Origin: Nitrosopumilus sp.
GTDB lineage: Archaea > Thermoproteota > Nitrososphaeria > Nitrososphaerales > Nitrosopumilaceae
Assembly: GCA_965207075.1 (NCBI GenBank)
Contig: CBDBLO010000002.1
Span: forward strand, 608,001-672,000
Direction: 5' to 3'
Length of the DNA: 64,000 nucleotides
Shown here: positions 47,153 through 56,588 of the stretch, one piece after another
Layout of the letters: each line of letters begins with the position of its first letter
Numbering within the stretch: position 1 is the stretch's first letter
The notes under the pieces: model-generated
Databases searched by the model: none
What the model was told of the DNA's origin: nothing
Seen by the model: only the letters and a program-made list of their open reading frames with translations
Program-made: the position numbers and the translations under genes

Positions 47153-48607
47153 TCACCCCTTCATGACGCCCATGGGGACGAGCTTTGCGACCTTTGTCCC
47201 GATGCCGAGCGCGTGCGACACCTCCACCACGGCATCCACGTCCTTGTACGCCTCCGGCGTCTCCTCGACCACCCCGTCCCGCGTGAGCGACTTTATGAAT
47301 ATGCCCTTGCTGTTAAGCGACGCCCTGACCTGCTGCTCCGTATAGCTGCGGCGCGCCTTGGACCTTGACATCATGCGCCCCGCGCCGTGCGCCGTGGATC
47401 CAAAGCTCAGGCTCATTGCGTTTGGCTGCCCCAGAAGAATCCAGCTCGCGGTGCCCATTGAGCCGGGCACCAGCACCGGCTGCCCGATGTCCCTGTACCT
47501 GGCGGGGACCTCGCTGCGGTCCGCCGGAAACGCCCTGGTGGCCCCCTTGCGGTGCACCACCAGCCTGCGCCTCTCGCCGTCCACCTCGTGCTCCTCCACC
47601 TTTGCGATGTTGTGGGCCACGTCGTACACCAGCCGCATGCCCAGGTCGGTCTCGGACCGTGAAAAGACGCGCTCAAACGACTTGCGCGTCCAGTGGGTTA
47701 TCATCTGCCTGTTGCTCCACGCAAAGTTGAGCGCCGCAAACATCGCCCTGCGGTACGACTCGCCCTCCTCCGACGAGTTGGGGACGCACGCAAGCTCCCT
47801 GTCCGGCAGGGTTATGCCGTACTTTGGCATGCACCGCTCCGACACCCTCAGGTAGTCGCTGCATATCTGGTGCCCGAACCCGCGGGACCCGCAGTGGATC
47901 AGTATGGTTATGGAGCCCAGCCTTATCCCCATCCGCTCGGCCGCAACCTCGTCGTGTATCTCCGCCACCTTCTGGATCTCCAGAAAGTGGTTCCCGGAGC
48001 CCAGGCTGCCAAGCTGTGGGGCGCCCCTGCTCTTTGCCTTTTCGGAGACCGCGCCGGGGTCGGCGCCGCCTATGCGCCCGGACTCCTCGCAGGAGTCCGC
48101 GTCGTCCGTGGAGCCGTACCCGTTCTCCACCGCCCAGTCCACCCCCCTTACCATCACCTCGTCAAGCTCCGACTTTCTGAGCCGGACGGCGCCCTTTGAG
48201 CCGACGCCGGAGGGGATGGCGCCAAACAGGTCCGATACCACGTCCTTTATGCGCGGGCGCATCTGCGCCTCGTCAAGGTCCGTCCTCAGCAGCCTGACGC
48301 CGCAGTTGATGTCGTACCCGACGCCGCCGGGGCTGATCATGCCCTCGTCGGCGTCCATGGCCGCCACGCCGCCGACCGGGAACCCGTACCCCTCGTGCCC
48401 GTCGGGCAGCACCACCCCGTGCCCCACTATGCCCGGTATGGACGCCACGTTGCAGGCCTGCCTTATGGTGCGGTCGGTCATCATCTTGCCAAGCAGCGCG
48501 TCGTCGGCGTATATGCGGACGGGCGCGATGCGGCCGGACGACTCGTCGGGCTCTATCACGTACTGGTTCCTTCCGGTTTGCACCGGCCGTACTGCATGGT
48601 CTGGCAT
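47153..48607 (-). CDS. rtcB: tRNA-splicing ligase RtcB
   Basis: PDGHEGYGFPVG, GYDINCG, GSGNHF, HCGSRG, HNIAK, HRKGA, HGAGR. Confidence 0.97.
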   Translation of the reverse strand: MPDHAVRPVQTGRNQYVIEPDESSGRIAPVRIYADDALLGKMMTDRTIRQACNVASIPGIVGHGVVLPDGHEGYGFPVGGVAAMDADEGMISPGGVGYDINCGVRLLRTDLDEAQMRPRIKDVVSDLFGAIPSGVGSKGAVRLRKSELDEVMVRGVDWAVENGYGSTDDADSCEESGRIGGADPGAVSEKAKSRGAPQLGSLGSGNHFLEIQKVAEIHDEVAAERMGIRLGSITILIHCGSRGFGHQICSDYLRVSERCMPKYGITLPDRELACVPNSSEEGESYRRAMFAALNFAWSNRQMITHWTRKSFERVFSRSETDLGMRLVYDVAHNIAKVEEHEVDGERRRLVVHRKGATRAFPADRSEVPARYRDIGQPVLVPGSMGTASWILLGQPNAMSLSFGSTAHGAGRMMSRSKARRSYTEQQVRASLNSKGIFIKSLTRDGVVEETPEAYKDVDAVVEVSHALGIGTKVAKLVPMGVMKG

Positions 48608-48993
48608 TTGCCTGCAAAACGGGAAATGGCATTTTAAATCATAAGGTCGGCATGCCGGCCGGTCCCGGAGGCGCCTCACTCCTCCCCCCTTCTCTCCTCG
48701 TCCCCCGCGGGGCCGATAGGCGCGCTGTTGGCACGACGGCGCGCCCATCGTCGGGAAGACCGCCGGTTATTTCAGTCCCCGCATCACAGAATGCAGCCAA
48801 GGTGATTGGCAAGTTAACGGGGGTTATCTTCTTGTGGAAGTGTCGAAAGCTGAGGCCGGGCGGGTAAATCTTTGGGATCCAAGCAAGACTAGAAAGTGGT
48901 GTAACCCAGTCTGGGATTATGTACAAAGGAAGGCCAAGTGTGTTAGTTACGCGTGAGCTAAACCTTTAAAACTGTATATAAGTTTGGTATTGT

Positions 48994-49179
48994 ATGGCAT
49001 ATGATTACGATGCCTTGTTTGAAAAACTTGAACAAGCCAAGATTGACAGAGAGGAAGCCGTAAGAGAAGCTAAAGCTGCTGGCCGACAAGACATTGCCGA
49101 CATTTTGTCTGATGATGGTGATGTTAGTTTTGATGACACTATAAACAAGTGCAAAGCTGTGTTGAAAACTAATCCATAA
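48994..49179 (+). CDS. Cargo microprotein A (61 aa)
   Basis: AT-rich ORF with TATA (TTTAAA/TATATAA) upstream. Confidence 0.65.
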   Translation: MAYDYDALFEKLEQAKIDREEAVREAKAAGRQDIADILSDDGDVSFDDTINKCKAVLKTNP

Positions 49180-49257
49180 CACCAAATGTTATTGCAAATG
49201 ATCCATACGCTGTGTAAATTAAGACAAAAGTACACACGAAAATATCAATAGTTAAAC

Positions 49258-49428
49258 TTACCGTAAGTTACGTAATTGGCGTAGCTTTTCTTCTTCCTTT
49301 GCCACCCTGTCTCGTAAAATATCGGCGACATCAAAACACCCGTGGTGTTCAACATCTATTATTTCTTCATGAAGCCACTCGACAAATTTTTCTTGTTTAG
49401 CAAGTTCTGTTTCGTAATCAAACGTCAT
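49258..49428 (-). CDS. Cargo microprotein B (56 aa), probable paralog of A
   Basis: Manually translated MTFDYETELAKQEKFVEWLHEEIIDVEHHGCFDVADILRDRVAKEEEKLRQLRNLR; TATA upstream. Confidence 0.65.
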   Translation of the reverse strand: MTFDYETELAKQEKFVEWLHEEIIDVEHHGCFDVADILRDRVAKEEEKLRQLRNLR

Positions 49429-49483
49429 TTTGTTCTGTCGGGGGTTGTTTTAATTCTATATATTTTTTTATGAAAGTGAGCTG

Positions 49484-50044
49484 ATGGGCGCACACCTCCA
49501 TAAAATCACCCTGCATGTCGGAGAAGGCTGGAGGACGGACGAGCTCTGCCTGAAAAAAGGTGAAACTGCAAGTATCCGCTTGCCATGCTCGGCTCCGAAA
49601 TCAGGTTCTGGCTGGCGCAGACGATGGCCACACACAAGGGACACAGCGACGTTACGCTCATGTTTACCAAGGCCAAGAAGGCAGTGGGGCAAGGTTCCCT
49701 CCAACCTCATATCTGGCGGAGCCTCCAACTTCGCGCATGCCCACAAAAAGCAGTACACGGCCAAGAATTTTTTACACAAGGATTCCGAGCACCATGGGCA
49801 CATCCACATGTCCGGGGACATGAACACCAACAACCAGGTGGAGTCCTTCGACGGGAACATCTTGGGGGCCAGGAAGAAAGTCGTCTGGGGCACCAAGAGG
49901 GATGATTCGGTCATACTGAAGGGATTGCAGATCCACCACAACTTCATCAGGTCGCACCTGGATCATGGGCTCAAGCAAGTGGAAGATGGTCATCCGGAAT
50001 GCCGTCAAATTCGCCAGCTTCTGACACTTTCCACGAGAAAATAG
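49484..50044 (+). pseudogene. IS6-family DDE transposase remnant
   Basis: WRTDEL, NNQVESFDG, LKGLQIHHNFIRSH; KWKMVIRNA in a shifted frame. Confidence 0.8.
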
Positions 50045-50110
50045 CTCCCGTTAACTCACCAATTCCCAGACAAGAAAGGGTTTATTTTGAAACACGTGGT
50101 ACTCGACGCG

Positions 50111-51478
50111 ATGGCCATCCTCCCGATCGACGACGGACGGTACGGCACCGACGAGATGAAGGCCGTGTTCGGGGGCCAGAACAAGATAGACTGCCAGGTG
50201 TTGATAGAGGCCGCGGTCGCTTCGGCGCAGGGCGAGATCGGCATGATACCGAGGAGGGCGGCCTCGGCAATCAGGAGGGCCGCCAGGCCCGGAGCCATAT
50301 CTGCAAGGCGTGTGGCCGCGCTGGAGGCAAAGCGCGACCACGACACGGCCGCGCTGGTGGAGGCGCTGGGCCGGATATGCCCCGAGCACGCCAGGCCCTG
50401 GATCCACTACGGGCTTACAAGCAACGATCTGGTCGACACCAGCAACTCGATGCTGATGCGCGACGCCATGAACATCATGTATCCCAAGGCCGCCAAGCTG
50501 GCATCCGTGCTGGCGGACATGGCTGCAAGGTACGCGGACGTCCCGGCAGTCGGCAGGACCCACGGGCAGCACGCAAGCATAGTGTCGTTCGGGCTAAAGT
50601 TTGCAAACTGGGCGGCCGAGATGGCGGCCCACATGGATAGGATGGACGAGATGAAAGAAAGGGTACTGGTATGCAAGACGCTGGGGGTGGTCGGGACCGG
50701 CTCCCTGATGGGAAGGAGGGCGCCCGACGTGCAGAAGAGGGTGGCCCGTACGCTCGGACTGCACCCAATTGCTGTGGCAACCCAGATCGTACCGAGGGAG
50801 AGGTACGCCGAGTACGTGTTCGGGGCGGCGCTGATCGGGGCGACGCTCGAGAAAATTGCAGTCGAGATCAGAAACCTCCAGAGGACGGAGATAGGCGAAG
50901 TGGCCGAATCCTTCAGAAAGGGACAGATGGGAAGCAGCGCCGTCCCGGTAAAGCGCAACCCGATAAAGAGCGAGCGCATAACGTCCCTCGCCCGGATCCT
51001 AAAGGCCCAGGTCGGCATATCCATGGACAACATACCGCTGTGGCACGAGCGCGACCTGTCAAACTCTGCAAACGAGCGGTTTGTCATACCCACCGTATCC
51101 ATCCTCGCCGACGAGATGATGCGCACGATGCTGTGGGTGGTGCAGAACCTTAGCGTCGACACCGGCCGTATACGCGGCAACCTTGACGCCACGAAAGGCC
51201 AGATATTTGCAGAGTTCGTGCTGGAGGCCATGATAAGTAAGGGGGTGCCGCGAATCACGGCGTACGAAGCCGTGCAGAGGGTCGCATTCGAGGCGAACCG
51301 GACCGGCATGCCGTACGACGAGGCCATAAAGTCGGACAAAGCGACGTCGGCCGTACTGGACCCGCGGGAGGTGGACCGCATATTCGACCCCGCAAGGCAC
51401 CTGGGCGCGTCTGCCCGGATAATATCCGGCGTGGGCAGGATGGTGCGGGGCAGGGTCAGGCGGCGGGTCTCCTTCTGA
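50111..51478 (+). CDS. purB: Adenylosuccinate lyase
   Basis: IHYGLTSND, GRTHGQHA, GSSAVPVKRNP, HERDLSNS. Confidence 0.96.
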   Translation: MAILPIDDGRYGTDEMKAVFGGQNKIDCQVLIEAAVASAQGEIGMIPRRAASAIRRAARPGAISARRVAALEAKRDHDTAALVEALGRICPEHARPWIHYGLTSNDLVDTSNSMLMRDAMNIMYPKAAKLASVLADMAARYADVPAVGRTHGQHASIVSFGLKFANWAAEMAAHMDRMDEMKERVLVCKTLGVVGTGSLMGRRAPDVQKRVARTLGLHPIAVATQIVPRERYAEYVFGAALIGATLEKIAVEIRNLQRTEIGEVAESFRKGQMGSSAVPVKRNPIKSERITSLARILKAQVGISMDNIPLWHERDLSNSANERFVIPTVSILADEMMRTMLWVVQNLSVDTGRIRGNLDATKGQIFAEFVLEAMISKGVPRITAYEAVQRVAFEANRTGMPYDEAIKSDKATSAVLDPREVDRIFDPARHLGASARIISGVGRMVRGRVRRRVSF

Positions 51479-52454
51479 TCCTGAGGACGGCCTTGTGTAT
51501 TCCGGATCCGTACTGCATGGCCTTTTTCCTCTTTTGGTAGGACGTGCGGGGCACGCCCACCGCGCTGGCAAGCCGTCTTATCACGTGCTTGCGGTACATG
51601 TCGCAGGGCCCCCGTATCTTTTCGGACAGCGGTATGCCGTACGCGGCCCTGCAGAACCCCTCGCTTAGGAGCGGCTGGAGCACGGACACGCCGCACGGGG
51701 ACGCTACCCTGTCGATTGCGCGCATCATGCGCAGCTCGTTGTCAAGCTTTTGGCGCATCAAGCCATAAATGACGTCCGCAGTGCTGCTGCTGGTTTGAGC
51801 GGGGCCGCATGTAACCGTGACGGCGTAATCCGTACTACTGGCACCGGCATGGGAGCTGCGGCCGTCGCTGGCCACGGCGCCACCGGCAGTAGCGCCACCG
51901 CCGCCACCGCCGCCACCGCCGCCACCGCCGCCACCGCCGCCACCGCCGCCACCGCCGCCACATTCACGTAGCGCGCGTCTGTACGCGTCATACCCGCAGA
52001 ACATCTCGTCGATCCCGTTTGCCGTCAGCACGACGTCAACCGGTATGGTGCGCGCCAGGCGACATATGTGGTAAAAGGCCACAGAATTCTCTATCCACGA
52101 GAGGTTGTCCGTGCGTATTACATCTCGCACCGACTCGTACACGTCGCCAAAGTCGGGCGTGTCCCCGATCGTCAGCGTGTGGTGGCATCCCCACATGTGC
52201 GGCATCTCCGACGCGACCACGCGGGCAAACTCCACGTCGTGTGACCCTTCAAACCCGACTGTCAACAGCACCACATCGTATCCCATCGCGTCGCATACGG
52301 TTGCAAGCAGCGTGCTGTCGACCCCACCTGAAAAGGCGACGCCTATGCGGCCGCCCGCGCCCTGTTTACCCAGAGCGTCGCGTACCGAGAGCTGCATGGC
52401 ATCGAGTATCGTACGGCATGCGTCATCCATGGCGCTGCTGTCGTACGTCATCAT
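51456..52454 (-). CDS. Asparagine synthase C-terminal-like protein with poly-Gly insertion
   Basis: AFSGGVDS, ANGIDEMFCGY, KKAMQYGSG. Confidence 0.88.
   Translation of the reverse strand: MMTYDSSAMDDACRTILDAMQLSVRDALGKQGAGGRIGVAFSGGVDSTLLATVCDAMGYDVVLLTVGFEGSHDVEFARVVASEMPHMWGCHHTLTIGDTPDFGDVYESVRDVIRTDNLSWIENSVAFYHICRLARTIPVDVVLTANGIDEMFCGYDAYRRALRECGGGGGGGGGGGGGGGGGGGGGGATAGGAVASDGRSSHAGASSTDYAVTVTCGPAQTSSSTADVIYGLMRQKLDNELRMMRAIDRVASPCGVSVLQPLLSEGFCRAAYGIPLSEKIRGPCDMYRKHVIRRLASAVGVPRTSYQKRKKAMQYGSGIHKAVLRIRRRPAA
51893..51960. repeat. 9-bp microsatellite (CCGCCACCG)n encoding about 22 Gly
   Basis: Directly visible tandem array. Confidence 0.95.
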
Positions 52455-52502
52455 GCGTCATGCATCAGCAATCCATTTAACTGTCATGCGACATGTGATG
52501 TC

Positions 52503-52787
52503 ATGCCGGCCGTGCTGTCCGAAGAAGAGGTAATGAGTGCGACAAGCGGCATGGCCGGGTGGGAGGTCGTCAACGGCAAGCTCCACAAGGAGTACCTGTT
52601 TGACACGTTCAACGCCGCGTTCGGATTTATGGCGAGGGCCGCCATGGAGATTGAAAAGGCAAACCACCATCCAGAATGGCTCAACGTATACAACAGGCTG
52701 ACCATAGACCTGACTACCCATGACGCGGGGGGCATCACGTCAAATGACATCAACCTGGCGAAGGCGCTTGACTCACTGCTTGCGTAG
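52503..52787 (+). CDS. phhB: Pterin-4-alpha-carbinolamine dehydratase
   Basis: FNAAFGFM, NHHPEW.NVYN, LTTHDAGGIT..D. Confidence 0.95.
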   Translation: MPAVLSEEEVMSATSGMAGWEVVNGKLHKEYLFDTFNAAFGFMARAAMEIEKANHHPEWLNVYNRLTIDLTTHDAGGITSNDINLAKALDSLLA

Positions 52788-52919
52788 GACTGACGGTTTT
52801 TCAGGTGCCCGCGCCGGACCCTGTCGCGGATGGAAGTCCGTTGCACACTTCGGCTTTATGGCCGGATCGTGTTCTAGCGTCGCGGCCATCTGGCTTCCAA
52901 ACCGGCTCTTATTGTGGGC

Positions 52920-53154
52920 TTATTTTATCAGTCCGTTTTCGTAATCACTAGAAAATTCATCCCTAGCGATGTCAACGTCTGACAGTATGCCGTGTTGAGT
53001 TCCAATGCTCAGTATTTTATTTCCAGCAGGCACAGGTAAAGATACCTTCCTTTCTCAATGTGAGATGACTATCTTTTCTGCGGGTTATGGTAAATCCCTT
53101 TCTCTGCGGATACCTTGTCATTTGATTACCTGCCATCTTGGGTATTTTTGGCAT
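52920..53154 (-). pseudogene. hicA: HicA toxin pseudogene
   Basis: MPKIPKM...KGFTITRRKDSHLTL, frameshift, then VPAGNKILSIGTQHGIL. Confidence 0.8.
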
Positions 53155-53363
53155 TATCGCTCTACTATGAGCATGTTAAAATCTGTCGCACTTCTGAGCT
53201 CCTCGGCCGCAAGCTCCACTGCCTCTCGCATGCTCTCTACGACCTTACCAAATGTTTCACCTTGTGAGTTCGCATGCAACTCATCACATCTTCCGACGAA
53301 GATCCCGTCATCGTCCTTGGTTATCATGACTGAGTACGTCTTTTTTTGTACTGTAGCGCTCAT
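53154..53363 (-). CDS. hicB: HicB-family antitoxin
   Basis: YSVMITKDDDGIFVGRCDEL..SQGET...MREAVEL. Confidence 0.88.
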   Translation of the reverse strand: MSATVQKKTYSVMITKDDDGIFVGRCDELHANSQGETFGKVVESMREAVELAAEELRSATDFNMLIVER

Positions 53364-53659
53364 GGCGCCACTCCCCTCAAAAGCATTAAAAAGATTACGT
53401 ACCTTACATGCGTTCTCATGTATGGCCAAGGGCAAAAATTCGTGAGCAAGCACTTGCTCTGAATGAAACTTTTATTGATCGTGGTCAAGAGGATGGCCGC
53501 GGCGAACCTAACGTATTACAACTGGGAGAGCGCGCGGCATGTCGTGGTATGCGCGTAAGGATTCGACCTCTCCAATTGCGAATATGCACAACCATCCGGC
53601 TTGTTGACTATGCGCAGAAGATGTAACGGCCCAATGACGTACACGACCATGTACGACAC

Positions 53660-53926
53660 TTATCTGAATCTATAGGATCGTGCTCGTTTGTCAACTGTTA
53701 TCACACACCCTCATCAATCCATTTTGTAAATCCAGTATTGCCCTGTAATCGCCCACGCGCAGTCTGTGTAATGGCACACCGGATAGGCGCATCGTAGACG
53801 CGTATGGATCCAGTCTTGCGATCTCGTCGATGTGGTCCATTATGCGGGCTGCCATTTTTTGTCACTCTTGGCTATTCTCGCCAGGCTATTTTCAGCCTGT
53901 TTGGTATAAATGACATCCCACGCCAA
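53660..53926 (-). pseudogene. relE: RelE-family toxin pseudogene
   Basis: MAWDVIYTKQAE, frameshift in A-run, HRLRVGDYRAI, second frameshift, VDKR. Confidence 0.82.
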
Positions 53927-53930
53927 TGCG

Positions 53931-54161
53931 TCACAGCCCTAGCTTTTTCCTCAGATCCGAACCGGATATGATTCTCCCCGCCCGGACGTCTTGCATCCCC
54001 CGTTCTACCGCTTTAAGCTCGTCGTCATTCAAGTGGCGATCCATGTCATAGACTGCTATCATTCTTTTTATGACATCCTCCAATGACTCCCTAGGGTGAT
54101 TCTTTCTATCTGAGATTAGCGTTTTTGTCTCGGCATCGATTCTCACGGTGGTTGCAGTCAT
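53931..54161 (-). CDS. Antitoxin cognate to RelE (N-terminal DNA-binding domain)
   Basis: TTVRID..TK..HPRESLEDVIKR; ERGMQDVRAGRI tail; directly upstream of relE. Confidence 0.8.
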   Translation of the reverse strand: MTATTVRIDAETKTLISDRKNHPRESLEDVIKRMIAVYDMDRHLNDDELKAVERGMQDVRAGRIISGSDLRKKLGL

Positions 54162-54294
54162 GTTATGTATACCATTGTATATGGAAGTATATAATATTGC
54201 GCGGAGCGGATTCTAGCAAATGCGGTTGATGGGAGTTCATACGAATTGCAGAATGGGTCTGAGGATTCGAGATTATGAATCCACGTAGAAACGC

Positions 54295-54587
54295 GCATCG
54301 GCAACCCATTTAACTGTCATGCGGCACTGGATGTCATGCCGGCCGTGCTGTCCGGAGAAGTGATAATGGACGCGACAAGCGGCATGGCCGGGTGGGAGGT
54401 CGTCAACGACAAGCTCCACAAGGAGTACCTGTTTGACACGTTCAACGCCGCGTTCGGATTTATGGCGAGGGCCGCCATGGAGATTGAAAAGGCCAACCAC
54501 CATCCAAACGGCTCAACGTATACAACAGGCTGACCATAGACCTGACCACCCATAACGCGGGGGGCATCACGCCAAATGAAATCAAGA
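54295..54587 (+). pseudogene. phhB: Degenerate duplicate of phhB including its promoter
   Basis: Near-identical to about 52462-52755; 1-nt deletion after HHP; 3' end lost. Confidence 0.92.
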
Positions 54588-54874
54588 TCAATCGATGTAA
54601 GGAGATTGATCTTGCAGGCGAGATACGTACGGAGATGCGGCATGACCTGCTAAAATGATTGCCCAGAACCCACATCTTCACCTCAGTACCATCGCTATCC
54701 CGTGAGGTTCACGTTAGTCCGAGGAATTCAGATTCTGATGCCATATTATAGCACTGTAATATAAAAACGTCTCGGATTGTGGAATCCGGGTGAAGGCGGT
54801 GGCCTGATGTTTGATCCTACAACCCTCCAGAACTTGTCCACACAGAGTCCTCAATCGTAGTTCTAGAGGAAGCG

Positions 54875-55066
54875 ATGAAAAATTACCGCAGGGACGTCAT
54901 AACAGTTATGCAGGGCGAACACTTTACCGCCAAGCCTATCAAGAGTATTCGGGCAGACCTAAAGTACATAACTGGTGTCTGCGATGCGACGAATCAGATG
55001 ATGGACTCATGTGAGAAGAGCGCGAATAAGAAGGACAAAGAGCCTGCCAAGGAGGCCGACGTCTGA
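54875..55066 (+). CDS. Hypothetical microprotein
   Basis: 63 aa; TGATG overlap with the next gene. Confidence 0.5.
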   Translation: MKNYRRDVITVMQGEHFTAKPIKSIRADLKYITGVCDATNQMMDSCEKSANKKDKEPAKEADV

Positions 55067-55149
55067 TGTCTTGTTGTTCATACCCCAGCGTGTGCGAGCA
55101 CTGTCGCCATTGCCACAACTGCCTTAGTGTAACAGGAGGTATAGACTGA
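55066..55149 (+). CDS. Cys-rich 27-aa peptide
   Basis: MSCCSYPSVCEHCRHCHNCLSVTGGID; GGAGG upstream; TGATG overlaps on both sides. Confidence 0.55.
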   Translation: MSCCSYPSVCEHCRHCHNCLSVTGGID

Positions 55150-55697
55150 TGCCGCAAAAACGGAATCCTACAGGTATGTACAAGTTCAACAAAGAAGGGA
55201 AGGCAGAACGTTGGATAGTAAAGCCTGATGATCTCAGCCACCTGTGCATGTATCGGCCGATAAACGGGGCGTTAGAGTTCTGGTGTGGCAAGTGTGAGGA
55301 GAACGTAACACCTGAGTCCAAGGTCAAAACACGGGACGTATGGTGTCCCAAGTGCAAGGGTAGTATTGTAGTAAGGTGTGCTGAGAAGGCGACTATGGCC
55401 GACTGGATGGAAGAGCCTGACAATGGAGATAACTGCCTTGGTGCAACTGATCCGAACGCCCCAGAGTTCACCTTTGACTCGGATCATTCGATTCGGGACA
55501 TGACATTCTGGTGCTCAAACCGCGACTGTGTGCATTCGAATCATATAGATCCAGAACGCAAGAGGCGCAGTGAGAACCTGACAGTCATGCACACGGAGCC
55601 GTATGGTGCGATACACTGCCCGGCATGCGGCAACGATGCATTGTTTGTGGAGCTGTCGCCCAAGCTGGAAAAGGAGGTATTCGGACGTGTCTCATGA
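55149..55697 (+). CDS. Multi-Zn-finger protein
   Basis: CGKC, CPKC, CSNRDC, CPAC; GGAGGT upstream. Confidence 0.75.
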   Translation: MPQKRNPTGMYKFNKEGKAERWIVKPDDLSHLCMYRPINGALEFWCGKCEENVTPESKVKTRDVWCPKCKGSIVVRCAEKATMADWMEEPDNGDNCLGATDPNAPEFTFDSDHSIRDMTFWCSNRDCVHSNHIDPERKRRSENLTVMHTEPYGAIHCPACGNDALFVELSPKLEKEVFGRVS

Positions 55698-55806
55698 TTT
55701 ACCGCCCACGTGTCCCAACTGCGACTGGCCCATAGAGGATTCTGACAACTCGTATTACGCAAAGCGCAACGAGGGCTATGTGCGGTACTGGTACGAATTC
55801 AGTTGA
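55687..55806 (+). CDS. CxxC microprotein (39 aa)
   Basis: GTG start, SHDLPPTCPNCDWP; GGAGGT upstream. Confidence 0.5.
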   Translation: MSHDLPPTCPNCDWPIEDSDNSYYAKRNEGYVRYWYEFS

Positions 55807-55832
55807 TGGACGTGCTTCCGCATGTAAGCGTC

Positions 55833-56093
55833 CTAGCCGCACCCTCTGCACTTGAGAACAATCTTCTTGTCGGGAGCATCATCATCCTCAAACCTCTTGT
55901 TCCAATACCGCGTCCTGTACCGCTTTACCCTGCGGTCAAACCGCGCCCAGAACTCCTTGTCGGTTGCTAGACGTTCATGATATGCATTGTACAAGGCGGG
56001 GGCCCACGACTGCATGTGGACGAGGGCCATGTCCAGGGGTATACTGTACCGTCTTAGGGTGGATCCAGCTAGAGTGAGAACGCGTAGGTTCAT
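55833..56093 (-). CDS. Hypothetical protein
   Basis: Aromatic/basic ORF ending CRGCG; start uncertain. Confidence 0.4.
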   Translation of the reverse strand: MNLRVLTLAGSTLRRYSIPLDMALVHMQSWAPALYNAYHERLATDKEFWARFDRRVKRYRTRYWNKRFEDDDAPDKKIVLKCRGCG

Positions 56094-56177
56094 ACACCGC
56101 GGGGGTGGAGTATGATCATGACAAAGACCAAGTTCACACCAGAACAACCACTAAGGTATAAAAATAAGTCATCAGCC

Positions 56178-56217
56178 GGTACTCCTGCGAATTCGTGATA
56201 TGTGAATTCACAGTACC
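56178..56217. repeat. IS6-like terminal repeat with collapsed partner
   Basis: GGTACTCCTGCGAATTCGTGATAT...GAATTCACAGTACC. Confidence 0.65.
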
Positions 56218-56268
56218 TTATTGAGGACGTGGGGGAATGGTGTGTCAGGGGCGTAGTGTGAAGGGATG

Positions 56269-56427
56269 TTATTTATCAAGTAGGTTTTTCAGTGTGTTTG
56301 CTAGTTCTGTGAGCCTTGTTACGCGTGCCGCTGATTCAGCATGAGCTTCACGGGCAACTTTAAGTTCGTCCATGGTAATTCTGTACAGGCGGTCAATCTG
56401 TAGTCTTTCATCCCCTGTTAGCGTCAT
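56269..56427 (-). CDS. Coiled-coil microprotein (52 aa)
   Basis: MTLTGDERLQIDRLYRITMDELKVAREAH...; AT-rich divergent promoter 56430-56470. Confidence 0.55.
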   Translation of the reverse strand: MTLTGDERLQIDRLYRITMDELKVAREAHAESAARVTRLTELANTLKNLLDK

Positions 56428-56476
56428 TTGTGAATATAGACGATATGTTTATTAAAATGTTATTATAACATACAGT

Positions 56477-56575
56477 ATGAAAAACAAGGACCGTGTTAAA
56501 GAAATTGAAAATAATGCTGCTAGTCCAGTTGTGGCGGACATGGCGCGGCGGCTGAGAGAGGCTATTGAGTCCTGA
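56477..56575 (+). CDS. Microprotein (32 aa)
   Basis: MKNKDRVKEIENNAASPVVADMARRLREAIES. Confidence 0.4.
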   Translation: MKNKDRVKEIENNAASPVVADMARRLREAIES

Positions 56576-56588
56576 CCTGTCAAATTTA

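Larger units (their letters stand above)
48802..50066 (+). mobile_element. IS6-like element with degenerate transposase and cargo microproteins
   Basis: About 50-bp imperfect TIRs (ATTGG..AGTTAACGGG..TAT.TTCT.GTGGAA.GTGTC..AAGCTG); 8-bp flanks CAGCCAAG / CAGACAAG. Confidence 0.8.
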
